Of a stretch of 64,000 nt of DNA, positions 8,937 to 18,209 are shown in pieces (the stretch's first letter is position 1; each line of letters opens with the position of its first letter). Position numbers and translations under genes: made by a program. The notes under the pieces were generated by a model. That model had not been told where the DNA came from. It made no database searches and was given only the letters and a program-made list of their open reading frames with translations. The stretch is from a virus: the IMG/VR virus record IMGVR_UViG_3300031111_000011, positions 1 to 64,000 of that record. The stretch is one strand, 5' to 3'.

Positions 8937-9134
8937 ATGTCTATTTGTGATCGGTGTGCGACCGGGTGTTGGACAGCCCCGAGTGTCCGTTGTCAGGCTT
9001 GCAATGCAGGTAGTCTGTTCATTCCCAATGGGGAACCCCACAAGGTGATGCCCCCGGTGCTTCACAAGGAAACCGAGACGTTTGGGTGGATTCTCCGCAA
9101 ACAGCTTCGGGAGAGATGCTACGATGCAACTTGA
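8937..9134 (+). CDS. Cys-rich zinc-ribbon-like protein (65 aa)
   Basis: AGGAGGAAAG RBS then ATG; CDRCATGC..CQAC. Confidence 0.5.
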   Translation: MSICDRCATGCWTAPSVRCQACNAGSLFIPNGEPHKVMPPVLHKETETFGWILRKQLRERCYDAT

Positions 9135-9942
9135 CGAGCGGTACTTCGACGTTGATGCACCCCAGGACGTGACGCTTCGGTATCTTCACGAAGGGTGCAG
9201 CGACGGCAAAGATACCTGTCTGGTAGTAACTAAGACCAACAGCGGGTGGGCGTACTATTGCCATCGGTGCAAACTCAAGGGGTTCAAGCCGGTACATGGT
9301 TTGCCGCCATCGAAAGTGGCAGCGCTCTTTCGAGCGCAACAGCGAAAGCAATCCACTCTGGTACGCCAAGTTCAGCTACCCAAAGACTTCACCACGGAGA
9401 TCCCTCCAGAGGGTCTGGTGTGGCTCTACCGTGTAGGGATCACTGATTATGAGATCTCCTTCTTTGGTATTGGGTGGAGCAAGTCCTACGGCAGAGTGAT
9501 CCTGCCGGTGTACCAAGGACGAAAGCTGATTTACTGGCAAGGCAGGTATGTAGGCAAAGACGAGAGCATGGAGAAGTACGTCAACCAGAAACAAGTGGGT
9601 CGTGAGGACACCTACTTTCGGAACGAACCTCGTGTCACCTCTGGTCGAATCGTCATGGTCGAGGACATCCTGTCTGCTATCAAGGTGGGACGGGTGAGCA
9701 ACTGTATCGGACTCCTCTACGCCTACGTCCCCGATGCCCTCGTGGTCAAGCTACGTGAACGATATGATGAAATCGTGATCTGGCTGGACCCTGACAAGAG
9801 CCTCTACACACTGCGCGTCCTGAAGCGTCTCAGAGCGTTTGGGCTACCAGTCCGGAGAGTCTACTCACCGAAAGATCCAAAATATTACAACGAGGAAGAG
9901 ATCGAAAGTTTTCTGGAAGGAGGACTGAATGGGAGGACGTAA
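9124..9942 (+). CDS. DNA primase (zinc ribbon + TOPRIM, T7 gp4 N-terminal type)
   Basis: CxxC..CxxC zinc ribbon (EGCSDGKDTC..YYCHRCK), TOPRIM Glu (VMVEDILSA) and DxD (IWLDPD). Confidence 0.8.
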   Translation: MQLDERYFDVDAPQDVTLRYLHEGCSDGKDTCLVVTKTNSGWAYYCHRCKLKGFKPVHGLPPSKVAALFRAQQRKQSTLVRQVQLPKDFTTEIPPEGLVWLYRVGITDYEISFFGIGWSKSYGRVILPVYQGRKLIYWQGRYVGKDESMEKYVNQKQVGREDTYFRNEPRVTSGRIVMVEDILSAIKVGRVSNCIGLLYAYVPDALVVKLRERYDEIVIWLDPDKSLYTLRVLKRLRAFGLPVRRVYSPKDPKYYNEEEIESFLEGGLNGRT

Positions 9943-10222
9943 GAAAGGGAAGTGGGTAAATGAGTATGACGACCCAGATATGTATGACTCTGCTATCCCA
10001 AAACACCGGCACACCTGGGGTGGTGCCTACGACATGGTTCTGGAACTTGACGATGGTGATGACGGAAAGCTCACTCTCATGGAAACGGATGATTCCCCTG
10101 CGATTTACTTGGGGTCACTCGATGATGAAAAATTGCGAGGGTACTTCTGCTTTCACACTTCCAGGCATGTGGACTTGTTCTGCGAAAAGCTCAAGGAATT
10201 GCAACGTAAACTGAGGTCATAA
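9929..10222 (+). CDS. hypothetical acidic protein (97 aa)
   Basis: GGAAGGAGG RBS then ATG. Confidence 0.55.
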   Translation: MGGRKKGKWVNEYDDPDMYDSAIPKHRHTWGGAYDMVLELDDGDDGKLTLMETDDSPAIYLGSLDDEKLRGYFCFHTSRHVDLFCEKLKELQRKLRS

Positions 10223-10231
10223 GGAGGATAA

Positions 10232-10465
10232 ATGAAATATCCCACACTGGAAGAAGTGAATACGGCGAGTCACAGGGAGCTGGCCCGATGGTATCGGTTT
10301 CTACCCTCCCCCGGACTGAATGCCATCAATGATGGTCTTCCCAGGAAGGACTGGGAGAAAGTCGTGGAGCAGGAATGTGCCATCATGAACACCATCATAG
10401 AGCGATTCTCCGCAATGGGGGGTTTCAACCCCGCCCTGAGCAAGAAGATCGGGTGGAAGGCATGA
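10232..10465 (+). CDS. hypothetical protein (77 aa)
   Basis: TAAGGAGGATAA then ATG. Confidence 0.5.
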   Translation: MKYPTLEEVNTASHRELARWYRFLPSPGLNAINDGLPRKDWEKVVEQECAIMNTIIERFSAMGGFNPALSKKIGWKA

Positions 10466-10719
10466 GAATTCAACTCACTCCAGAGGAGATCGACGGACTG
10501 AAGACGTGGTTGGCGTACCCAAAGAAGGTCCGCAGAGGGGAATGTCCGTTTGTCTTTGTGCCGGGGAATACCTGTGCTCGTATCTGCCGCATGGTTTTTC
10601 CGGGTGATGAACTCGGCCTGTGCCCCTGTGACCAAGAGGGCGCAGACCATAAAAAAATCTATGAAGTTGCACGAGAAGGTGCGGAAAGGGGGTACATCAC
10701 AATTGGACTCGGACATTAA
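10463..10719 (+). CDS. Cys-containing hypothetical protein (85 aa)
   Basis: ATG overlaps upstream stop; frame of track ORF 10375..10719. Confidence 0.45.
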
Positions 10720-11713
10720 TGGCACGGTGATTTTTCTGACACCGTTTGGATCGCATCTCTACGGTACATCCACTCCGGAGTCGGATCTGGACTACAAGGG
10801 GGTGTATCTGCCGACAAAGGAGCAGATCCTGATCGGGAAGATCCCCAAGACTATCACTCGAAACACCAAGGTCGGAGAGGGGAAGAACAGCAAGGAAGAC
10901 ATTGACTTTCAACTTTATTCTCTCCCCTACTTTGTGGACCTTCTGGTCCAGGGTGAAACGTCGGCTATCGACATGATCCATGTCCGAAAGGATCAAGCTC
11001 TCGTGTGGACGGATGAGTGGGAACGGCTGCACCGCAACCGTCACATGAGCTACAGCAGAAATATGAAGGCGTTCGTCGGGTATGCCCGTAAACAAGCGGC
11101 CAAGTACGGGGTCAAAGGCAGTCGCCTTGCAGCCATGCAAGACGTCCTTGAATACCTGATGGCCTATATCCAGAAGGAGATTCTGTATGATTATGAACGT
11201 GATACCAAACTTCGAGACGTATGGGATGATCTTCCTGATGGTGATCATATTCATCGTCTTGATCCGACTGATCGAACTCCTTATCGCATGTATCAGGTCT
11301 GTGGGAAGAAGTTTATGGAGACAGTCAAGATTCGAGAAGTCTACGCTTCGATCAAGAAGTCCTATGATCAATACGGTCACCGGGCAGAACTGGCGAAGAA
11401 GAATCAGGGCATCGACTGGAAGGCAGTATCCCACGCACTCCGTGCGGCTTACCAACTGGTGGAAATCTTTGGGTCCGGGGATCTGGCCTTTCCACTCGCT
11501 GATGCGGCTTATCTGCGGAAAGTGAAGGAAGGCTCACTGGACTGGACCTCCTGGGTTCAACCCCACCTGGAGGAAATGATGGGCCGGGTGGAGTGTATGG
11601 CCTCTCTCTCCAAATTCCCAGAACAAGTGGACCGGACCTTCTGGAACAATCTGACTATCGACATCATGGAAACGTGGTTACTTACTCAAACTGTAGGAGG
11701 TGAATTATGCTGA
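10661..11713 (+). CDS. Pol-beta superfamily nucleotidyltransferase (NTP_transf_2-like N-terminal domain), about 350 aa
   Basis: FGSHLYGTSTPESDLDYKGVY matches the hG[GS]x9-13Dh[DE]h motif; start uncertain (ATG 10661 overlaps the upstream gene; an internal GTG is possible). Confidence 0.55.
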   Translation: MKLHEKVRKGGTSQLDSDINGTVIFLTPFGSHLYGTSTPESDLDYKGVYLPTKEQILIGKIPKTITRNTKVGEGKNSKEDIDFQLYSLPYFVDLLVQGETSAIDMIHVRKDQALVWTDEWERLHRNRHMSYSRNMKAFVGYARKQAAKYGVKGSRLAAMQDVLEYLMAYIQKEILYDYERDTKLRDVWDDLPDGDHIHRLDPTDRTPYRMYQVCGKKFMETVKIREVYASIKKSYDQYGHRAELAKKNQGIDWKAVSHALRAAYQLVEIFGSGDLAFPLADAAYLRKVKEGSLDWTSWVQPHLEEMMGRVECMASLSKFPEQVDRTFWNNLTIDIMETWLLTQTVGGELC

Positions 11714-12774
11714 AGAACGTGACTATTTGTGGCTACAACGTGCGTGAAATCAATCTGGTACTGGCCGAGGACAACACCCCGCTTTACTCTGTGGGAGATC
11801 TCATGATGCCCATGGGGTTCACCCGCTACTCTGCGGCATCCAGGGTCAGGTCCATCCCGGAGCTTACCCACACCAAAATCAAGCTGCCCTCCACGGCCCA
11901 GGCGATTCATGTGGTGACCCCGGAGGGTGTCCTGGCCTTAGCCGAGACGGGGAAGTGTCGTACCAATTTCGTTTCGGAATTTCGATCCTATTGCCAGAAG
12001 GAGGGCATCCCCCTGCCCGATCCGGAAGTCACGCCGGATGGTCCCGCCGTCTTCAACGGCATCGAGATCACCTTCGAGGACGATGTCCTGGTGAGCCTGA
12101 CGGACATGTGGAAAGCGGACGGATCTCGTCAGGCCAAGAAACCCGTCCACTTCCTGAAAACGGATGGGACTGTGGAGTTTATCGAACAAATTCGGGAGGA
12201 AATAAAAGGTAAGGAATCTTACCTTTTACGATCTATCCCTGGTCGAGGTGGTGGAACCTACGCTCACTGGAAGATCGCTGTCCAGTATGCGGCTTTCCTC
12301 AGCCCCAAGTTCGCAAGCTGGATGGCCGATCTGGTCCGGGTCCGGTTCATCGAGATCAACGATCCGGAGCAGGGTGCCAAGCTGTACCGGGAACGTGCGA
12401 TCACCGACCGGATGAACAAGACCGGCTGCTCCCGTGAACAGGCAATCCACTATTTCGAGAAGAGCCTCGTCGCACGAAAAACGGTTTCGTCTCAGATCTG
12501 CCGGTTCGTTCCCAATGCGAGGAAACATATCGCTGAGATCACGGATCATCTCAATATGGGCTTTATCGGAATGAGAGCCCAGGACATCAAGAAAACCCGT
12601 GGGGTTTCCCAGACCCGTGAATCGTTTACCCTTGCGGAGCAGATGGGGGTGGCGTTTCTGGAACAGTGCATGATCGATCATATCGATCAAGTGAGATACG
12701 AAGCTGACCCGTACCACCTGCGGGATATGGCGTACTCCAACGGGCAAAAATGCCGAGCCATGATGGTGCGCTAA
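11707..12774 (+). CDS. KilA-N/Bro-N type antirepressor-like DNA-binding protein
   Basis: GGTYAHWKIAVQYAAFLSPKFASWM resembles a KilA-N (APSES) domain; GTAGGAGG RBS. Confidence 0.6.
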   Translation: MLKNVTICGYNVREINLVLAEDNTPLYSVGDLMMPMGFTRYSAASRVRSIPELTHTKIKLPSTAQAIHVVTPEGVLALAETGKCRTNFVSEFRSYCQKEGIPLPDPEVTPDGPAVFNGIEITFEDDVLVSLTDMWKADGSRQAKKPVHFLKTDGTVEFIEQIREEIKGKESYLLRSIPGRGGGTYAHWKIAVQYAAFLSPKFASWMADLVRVRFIEINDPEQGAKLYRERAITDRMNKTGCSREQAIHYFEKSLVARKTVSSQICRFVPNARKHIAEITDHLNMGFIGMRAQDIKKTRGVSQTRESFTLAEQMGVAFLEQCMIDHIDQVRYEADPYHLRDMAYSNGQKCRAMMVR

Positions 12775-12794
12775 AAAAAATCGGGTTTCACCCC

Positions 12795-12824
12795 TTGACA
12801 ACTTACCAGATGTGATTATATTAT
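12795..12824 (+). promoter_or_regulatory. Near-consensus sigma70 promoter (TTGACA .. TATATT/TATTAT)
   Basis: TTGACA at 12795-12800, then a 16-18 nt spacer and an AT-rich -10. Confidence 0.55.
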
Positions 12825-12854
12825 ATCTGGTTTCGGGAAATAGTAATTAACTAA

Positions 12855-12881
12855 CAGACCCTTGAGGGTCTGTGTTTTTTT
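12855..12881 (+). terminator. Rho-independent terminator ~45 nt downstream of the sigma70 promoter
   Basis: CAGACCCT-tg-AGGGTCTG followed by tgttttttt. Confidence 0.65.
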
Positions 12882-12890
12882 ACCTTCAAC

Positions 12891-12907
12891 TTATCAAATC
12901 TGAGAAC
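12891..12907 (+). promoter_or_regulatory. Palindromic motif TTATCAAATCTGAGAAC, site 3 (preceded by TACC)
   Basis: Sits between the terminator T-run and the AAGGAGG RBS of the 12918 gene. Confidence 0.5.
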
Positions 12908-12917
12908 AAGGAGGATT

Positions 12918-13223
12918 ATGAAAGAGTGTAACCGTTGCGGGAACCGGGAGTGTGACTTCATTCACGCTCCCAAGGAGCCGAAGGGCAAACCCAAAATGAG
13001 CTTTCCGAAGCTCCGGAAAGCCCCTCCAAAGGGGATCGCCCATGTTATGGGGCTTCCGTGCCCCATTTGGCGAAAAATCGACCCGATGCACAACCCTCTG
13101 TGGGAGAACCTGGACTCGGCCACCATCGTCAAGCTCCGGGATCTGCGGAAGGGGCTCGGCACACAGCGAAAAAACAAGGAGTGGAAAGGAGGCAAGAAGC
13201 GTAAACTTTGGAAAAACAGGTAG
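12918..13223 (+). CDS. zinc-ribbon, basic protein (101 aa)
   Basis: CAAGGAGG RBS; CNRCGNRECDF. Confidence 0.55.
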   Translation: MKECNRCGNRECDFIHAPKEPKGKPKMSFPKLRKAPPKGIAHVMGLPCPIWRKIDPMHNPLWENLDSATIVKLRDLRKGLGTQRKNKEWKGGKKRKLWKNR

Positions 13224-14434
13224 TCTGTCTCCGTGGGCTGCTGGATCACGATGCGTACCTCCGCTACGGTCCAGCCCTCCACGGGCTTAAGGACACTGAG
13301 CGTGAAATCAAACAGATCTTGACAGCTATCCAGCAGTACTACAAGCGGTATCCTGAACAAAAGGCCATCTCAGTGGATGAACTGAGGGTCTTTTTCCACC
13401 AGCAGCATCCAGCACTCAAGGACAAAGATGTCTTTGACGTTCTGTTCGACCAGATCCAACACCTTGACATCTCAAATCCCGACCTATTGGAAGACGCACT
13501 GAGGGACGTAGTTGAGCAATATTACGTCGGAAAGCTTTGTGCTGTCGGACTCCCGTGTCTCAATGGGGAGTCCACAGGGGTCATCGAGAAAATGAAGGAA
13601 ATTCTCGAAGAGGGTCTTGAGAAGATGAGTAAGACCGGTGATCAGGACGATAACCGGTGCAATATGGATCTGGATTACCTACTCGATGAGACGTTCAAGA
13701 ACGGGCTCTACACACCTTTGAGGGATCTGCGGTCCCTCCTTGGGCCTATCTACCCAGGCACACTGGGCCACATCTTTGCACGTCCGGAGACAGGTAAGAC
13801 TTCGTTTGCTTCAGCGATGGCATCTGCCTTTGCTTATCAAGTGCGTGACACCTCCGACATCATCCTCTACCTCAACAATGAAGAGGACAAGCGGCGTATT
13901 GCACTTCGCATCTGGGTTTCCATGATCGGGCAACCGATCCAATTTCTCGACGGAAACCGAGAAGAGGCAAGGAGAATTTGGAGCGAACGAGGTGGTGATC
14001 GGATTGAAGTCATTGGTGGAGTCACACACATCTCGCAGGTCGAACAGTACATCAGTGAGTTCAGACCCCGTGCGGTGTTTGTTGACCAGGGGCCGAATGT
14101 TTCAATCCCTGGTGATATGTCCGGGACGGACAAGCTTACAAAGCTATACAAGACCTACCGGAAACTCGCAGGGAAGTATGAAACAATCTTCATCTCCATC
14201 GGACAGGCAGACAGTCAGGCTGAGAACAAACAATGGCTCACAATGAACAACATCGATTCCAGCAAGGTGGGTATTCCTGGCGCATGTGACTACATCATTG
14301 GCGTAGGGATGAAAGACGATCCGGGTATGGAAGAGATGCGGTACATCAACCTGCCGAAGAACAAACTCACTGGGCAAAAGGGAAGACTCGTCTGTAGGCT
14401 GGATGTTAACACGTCCCGGTACGTTTCTGTTTGA
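13208..14434 (+). CDS. DnaB-family replicative helicase (T7 gp4 helicase-like)
   Basis: Walker A GHIFARPETGKTSF; RecA-like C-terminal domain; start assumed at TTG 13208. Confidence 0.7.
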   Translation: MEKQVVCLRGLLDHDAYLRYGPALHGLKDTEREIKQILTAIQQYYKRYPEQKAISVDELRVFFHQQHPALKDKDVFDVLFDQIQHLDISNPDLLEDALRDVVEQYYVGKLCAVGLPCLNGESTGVIEKMKEILEEGLEKMSKTGDQDDNRCNMDLDYLLDETFKNGLYTPLRDLRSLLGPIYPGTLGHIFARPETGKTSFASAMASAFAYQVRDTSDIILYLNNEEDKRRIALRIWVSMIGQPIQFLDGNREEARRIWSERGGDRIEVIGGVTHISQVEQYISEFRPRAVFVDQGPNVSIPGDMSGTDKLTKLYKTYRKLAGKYETIFISIGQADSQAENKQWLTMNNIDSSKVGIPGACDYIIGVGMKDDPGMEEMRYINLPKNKLTGQKGRLVCRLDVNTSRYVSV

Positions 14435-14447
14435 TTTTTTACCATTT

Positions 14448-14466
14448 ACTTCTCACATTTGAGCAT
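14448..14466 (+). promoter_or_regulatory. Palindromic motif ACTTCTCACATTTGAGCAT, site 4
   Basis: Follows a T-run after the helicase stop, precedes AAGGAGAG RBS. Confidence 0.45.
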
Positions 14467-14478
14467 AAGGAGAGTCAG

Positions 14479-14646
14479 TTGGCAGGAAAGCAGAAGAACA
14501 GCAAGAAGCCCAATGATACTCCCGCCCGTCGCCAGTACAAGCTGGAGAAACGAGCGGAGAAGAACAAGGAGCGGAGAGCAAAGCGTCAGGCGAAGCTCGA
14601 AGCAAAACACAAAGCCAAAAAAGAAAGGAGAAATGCTGATGATTGA
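14479..14646 (+). CDS. Lys/Arg-rich small protein (55 aa), TTG start
   Basis: AAGGAGAG RBS then TTG; the other frame over the same span (track ORF 14459) looks like Arg-rich junk. Confidence 0.4.
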   Translation: MAGKQKNSKKPNDTPARRQYKLEKRAEKNKERRAKRQAKLEAKHKAKKERRNADD

Positions 14647-15355
14647 GTTCAATAAAGGAGACAGGGTGGCCGTCAAGGATCTTGACATGTCCAATATTCT
14701 GTACTCGGTGTGTCCTGAGATGAAGCGGCTTCCTGGGAAGGAAGGCAAAGTCCTCGACACCTACCCCGTCTACAGCAGGGACGGCGCTCGGGTGGATTTC
14801 GACGGAGCAATCTACACCATCTACCTGGACGACCTACGGAAGGTTGAAACCTCCAAGAATCGCTTCAAAGACGGTGAACACGCTTTCGTGATCGGATTCC
14901 GAAATTCCCAGGCTGCTGGCATCCCCCTCACGGATGCCTTGAAAGCCCTCCGGAACAAGATTGTTCGATGCGCCGTGGGCAACGATGCTGTGGGCACCAG
15001 CAAGGTTTTCATCCAGCTTCCCACCGGGGCAACCCACCTGATCCATGCCGATGACCTGTGTGATCCGGAACAGATCGAGAAGGTCATCTACTACTACAAG
15101 CGGGACAAGAAGGGGAACCCCGTGGAAACCATCTGTCTCCTGATCAAGGACGGGGGGATGCACCGTGGTCGGTCCAAGTGCAATCGGGATGCCGGGGACA
15201 TCTTTCTCAAGAAGGAGGGCCGTCGGAAAGCTCGTGAACGTGCTGAGTTTGCCGCCCAGACCCAGTCGTCGGCCCGGTTCGCTCGTGGCGACCAGTTCAT
15301 GTTCGAGTACAAAACCAAACTCACCCCTCTGGAAAAGGAGATTGTCAAAGGATGA
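14633..15355 (+). CDS. hypothetical protein (240 aa)
   Basis: AAAGGAG RBS then ATG 14633; frame of track ORF 14459..15355. Confidence 0.55.
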   Translation: MLMIEFNKGDRVAVKDLDMSNILYSVCPEMKRLPGKEGKVLDTYPVYSRDGARVDFDGAIYTIYLDDLRKVETSKNRFKDGEHAFVIGFRNSQAAGIPLTDALKALRNKIVRCAVGNDAVGTSKVFIQLPTGATHLIHADDLCDPEQIEKVIYYYKRDKKGNPVETICLLIKDGGMHRGRSKCNRDAGDIFLKKEGRRKARERAEFAAQTQSSARFARGDQFMFEYKTKLTPLEKEIVKG

Positions 15356-15597
15356 AAATCAACACTGATATACCAAAACCTGGGGATCTGGTTCGTATTC
15401 TGAAAGTCTTTCGGACCAGTGCACACTTCGACGCATCTTATGATCTCCGTTTTCGGCAGCTTGTGGTGACGGATGTCCAGCGGTGCCACTGGGAAGGTCG
15501 TCACCTTCTGGCCTTAGTCGGCCACGCCCCTCTGGACCCGCTGAGTTCGTACTGCATTTTTGGGGTGGAGGTGGAGATCCTTCGGAAAGGAGAGTGA
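15352..15597 (+). CDS. hypothetical protein (81 aa)
   Basis: ATGA overlap; ORF track. Confidence 0.5.
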   Translation: MKINTDIPKPGDLVRILKVFRTSAHFDASYDLRFRQLVVTDVQRCHWEGRHLLALVGHAPLDPLSSYCIFGVEVEILRKGE

Positions 15598-16151
15598 TGA
15601 ACCCTACTATCTTTTTGGATCTGGATGGAGTCGTTGTGGACTTCATCCAGGGGGTTATCGATTGGTACGGGCTGGATACCAGCTACGACCTGATGAACCA
15701 CTACCAGTCAATCCTGGAAGTCACTGGGATGAGCAAGTCAGCGTTCTGGAAGGGACTCACTGAGGAGTTCTGGAAGGATCTCAAGTGGACCTCAGAGGGC
15801 AAAGAGTTCTATTCCTGGCTCAAGACCTTGGGGGTTCCCATCGTGGTCCTCACAAAGCCCACGCTGAACCGTGCCACTGGCAAACAGCAGTGGATCATGC
15901 GGGAGATGCCCACCCTTTTCAAAGAGGGCCGATATCTCATTGGTGGTTCCAAGCACCACGTAGCCGGTCCTGGCAAACTGCTCATCGATGATGACTTCGA
16001 AGGCAACTACATCAAATGGAAGGAGCATGGCGGTACCGCAGTGCTCTATCCGCAACCTTGGAACCCGGAAAGGAAAACTCACTTCAACGGCAACAAGGTG
16101 GACAAGGTCAAAGAGGCGATCCTCACAACCTTGAGAGGTTGGGGGGTCTAA
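15597..16151 (+). CDS. HAD-superfamily 5'(3')-deoxyribonucleotidase-like protein
   Basis: Begins MNPTIFLDLDGVVVDF (DxDGV HAD motif I); ATG 15597 overlaps upstream stop. Confidence 0.6.
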   Translation: MNPTIFLDLDGVVVDFIQGVIDWYGLDTSYDLMNHYQSILEVTGMSKSAFWKGLTEEFWKDLKWTSEGKEFYSWLKTLGVPIVVLTKPTLNRATGKQQWIMREMPTLFKEGRYLIGGSKHHVAGPGKLLIDDDFEGNYIKWKEHGGTAVLYPQPWNPERKTHFNGNKVDKVKEAILTTLRGWGV

Positions 16152-16152
16152 T

Positions 16153-18165
16153 GTGCAACGCAATATTGGCCTTGACGTAGAGACGAGTAAGTTGCCTGTA
16201 TTTCGGCCCTGGCAGAAGGGTGCGTTCCTGGTTAGTGTGGGGATCGTAGACGAGTGGGGATTTAAGAAGACGTGGTACTTCAACCACCGGGATCTCCACA
16301 ACATTGATCAGGCCCAGGCCATCGCTGAAATTCAAGCTGAGATTAACTTATCCCACCGTATCGTGGGGCATAACCTTAAATTTGATCTCCAGTGGCTTGC
16401 TTCCATTGGGGTCAGATTTGACCACTGCAAGTTGTTTTGTACTCAGGTAGCTGAGTATCTGCTGAATGGACAGCAGAAGATCCCGTACACTCTCGCTGCT
16501 ACATCAGAGCGATACGAGATCGCCCCAAAGATCGACCGGGTCAAGATGTTCTGGGATAGCGGGTATGAAACCGACGAAATCCCAATCGAGATCCTCGATC
16601 CCTACTTGCTCCAGGACTGTATCAACACACTCGCCATTTTCCAGCGACAGGTCGTTAACATCAACCAGTTGGGGATGTCCAAGATTGTGTCACTCCAAAT
16701 GGAGTTGATGCGCGTCCTGGCCGAGATGGAAATGAACGGGGCTAAGTTTCACCCCCAACGTGCTCAACGATACGTCAAGGAATTGGACGATCAGCTTGAG
16801 GCTATCGAGAACGAGCTATTCACTCACTTCGGTGCAAGATTCAACCTGGGGTCTGGGGATGAGCTCAGTGCGTGGTTATTTGGTGGAGTGCTCAAACAGG
16901 ACGATGTCCAACCCTACGTCACCACCCGCAACGTCAAAATCAAGGAACCTTATGTGTTCCACTATGCAGATCCGAAGAAGCAGCCTGTGATCAAGTACAA
17001 GACCAGGACGTTGAAGGAACTGATTGTGAAAACCCGTAAGGTGAAGGTGGACGTTCCGATAGCTGGTGTGGGGTTTGAGCCTCCAAAAGGATCTGAACTC
17101 AAAAAGGAGGGATTTTACCGCACTGACAAGGACACCCTGTTCCGTCTCAAGTGCAAAAACAAAAAGCTGAAGGCTATCAAGAGACTCCTCGAAGAGAGGA
17201 GTGTCGTCGCAAAGGCAAAGGAGACTTTCATCGGGTCCGGTGAAGGTACAGGGCTCATCAACAAAGTCCAACACGACGGGCTGATCCATCCGAGCTTCAA
17301 TCAAACGATTGCCGCCACGGGGAGGCTGAGTTCGTCAAACCCGAATGGGCAGAATCTGCCTCGCAAAGGCACCTCGCCCATCAAAAAAACCATCATCCCA
17401 AGGTTCGATAAGATCCTGAATGCTGACCTTGCCCAGTTGGAGTGGCGAGTGGCTGCATTCATGTCCCAAGATCCAGTGGCGATGCAGGAGATCATCGACG
17501 GTGTGGACTATCACACTGACAACGCGATCAGATTCTTTGGCGCTGATCCCAATGGTGACCCTGCGGAGTTCAAGAAGCTCCGTACCACGGCTAAGATCTT
17601 CGGATTTCGTTTACTCTACGGTGGGTCTGCTTACGGGATGTACATGGACGCAAAGATGCCTAACTACAGCAAGAAGAAGTGGCAACGCATCGTTGATGAG
17701 TACTACGAGAAGTATGCTGTCTTGAAGGAGTGGCAGGAGAAGAATATTGCGATTACCAACCGAAACAAAGGGAAGCTCGTTAACCCCTCCGGTCGGTTCT
17801 TCCAATTTCCCATTCTTCCACCGAACCGTAGGAGTGAGGTTTATTCGGTAACGGCTATCAAGAATTACCCGGTTCAGTCGTTCGCCACTGCTGACATTAC
17901 TCCGCTTGCCATGGTTGTGATCCACAAGAGGATGAAAGCGAAGGGACTTCGGTCCCTGATGACCCTCCAGGTTCACGATTCGATTGTCATCGATGCTGTG
18001 GAATCTGAGATTCCCACTATCGCTGAGATCTGTGTCAATACCTTCAGAGAGTTGCCTCAGTTGATCGAGCAGTTCTGGGGGTTCGAGTTCAACGTGCCGC
18101 TCGATGGTGACGTTGAAGTCGGAGACGACTACGGGTCGCTGGAGGAGTACAAGATGGCTGCTTAA
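16153..18165 (+). CDS. DNA polymerase, family A (T7-like, 3'-5' exonuclease + polymerase)
   Basis: Exo motifs (GLDVETS; HNLKFDLQWL); pol motif B RTTAKIFGFRLLYGGSAYG; motif C LQVHDSIVID; GTG start. Confidence 0.9.
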   Translation: MQRNIGLDVETSKLPVFRPWQKGAFLVSVGIVDEWGFKKTWYFNHRDLHNIDQAQAIAEIQAEINLSHRIVGHNLKFDLQWLASIGVRFDHCKLFCTQVAEYLLNGQQKIPYTLAATSERYEIAPKIDRVKMFWDSGYETDEIPIEILDPYLLQDCINTLAIFQRQVVNINQLGMSKIVSLQMELMRVLAEMEMNGAKFHPQRAQRYVKELDDQLEAIENELFTHFGARFNLGSGDELSAWLFGGVLKQDDVQPYVTTRNVKIKEPYVFHYADPKKQPVIKYKTRTLKELIVKTRKVKVDVPIAGVGFEPPKGSELKKEGFYRTDKDTLFRLKCKNKKLKAIKRLLEERSVVAKAKETFIGSGEGTGLINKVQHDGLIHPSFNQTIAATGRLSSSNPNGQNLPRKGTSPIKKTIIPRFDKILNADLAQLEWRVAAFMSQDPVAMQEIIDGVDYHTDNAIRFFGADPNGDPAEFKKLRTTAKIFGFRLLYGGSAYGMYMDAKMPNYSKKKWQRIVDEYYEKYAVLKEWQEKNIAITNRNKGKLVNPSGRFFQFPILPPNRRSEVYSVTAIKNYPVQSFATADITPLAMVVIHKRMKAKGLRSLMTLQVHDSIVIDAVESEIPTIAEICVNTFRELPQLIEQFWGFEFNVPLDGDVEVGDDYGSLEEYKMAA

Positions 18166-18179
18166 TTTTTTTCACTTGT

Positions 18180-18196
18180 CATTCTCAAATCTGAGA
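18180..18196 (+). promoter_or_regulatory. Palindromic motif TTCTCAAATCTGAGAAG, site 5
   Basis: After the DNA polymerase stop and a T-run, before AAAGGAGG RBS. Confidence 0.5.
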
Positions 18197-18209
18197 AGAA
18201 AGGAGGTGT

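Noticed and set aside
14459-14640. 5' extension of the 14459..15355 ORF across the Lys-rich peptide region
   Set aside because: The upstream part reads as Arg-rich out-of-frame translation of the Lys-rich small gene. A clean AAAGGAG RBS and ATG at 14633 start the real protein.
16153-18165. Possibility that the family A polymerase is split or carries inteins or homing endonucleases
   Set aside because: The ORF is continuous at a T7-like length (670 aa) with motifs in the normal order, and no insertion is evident.
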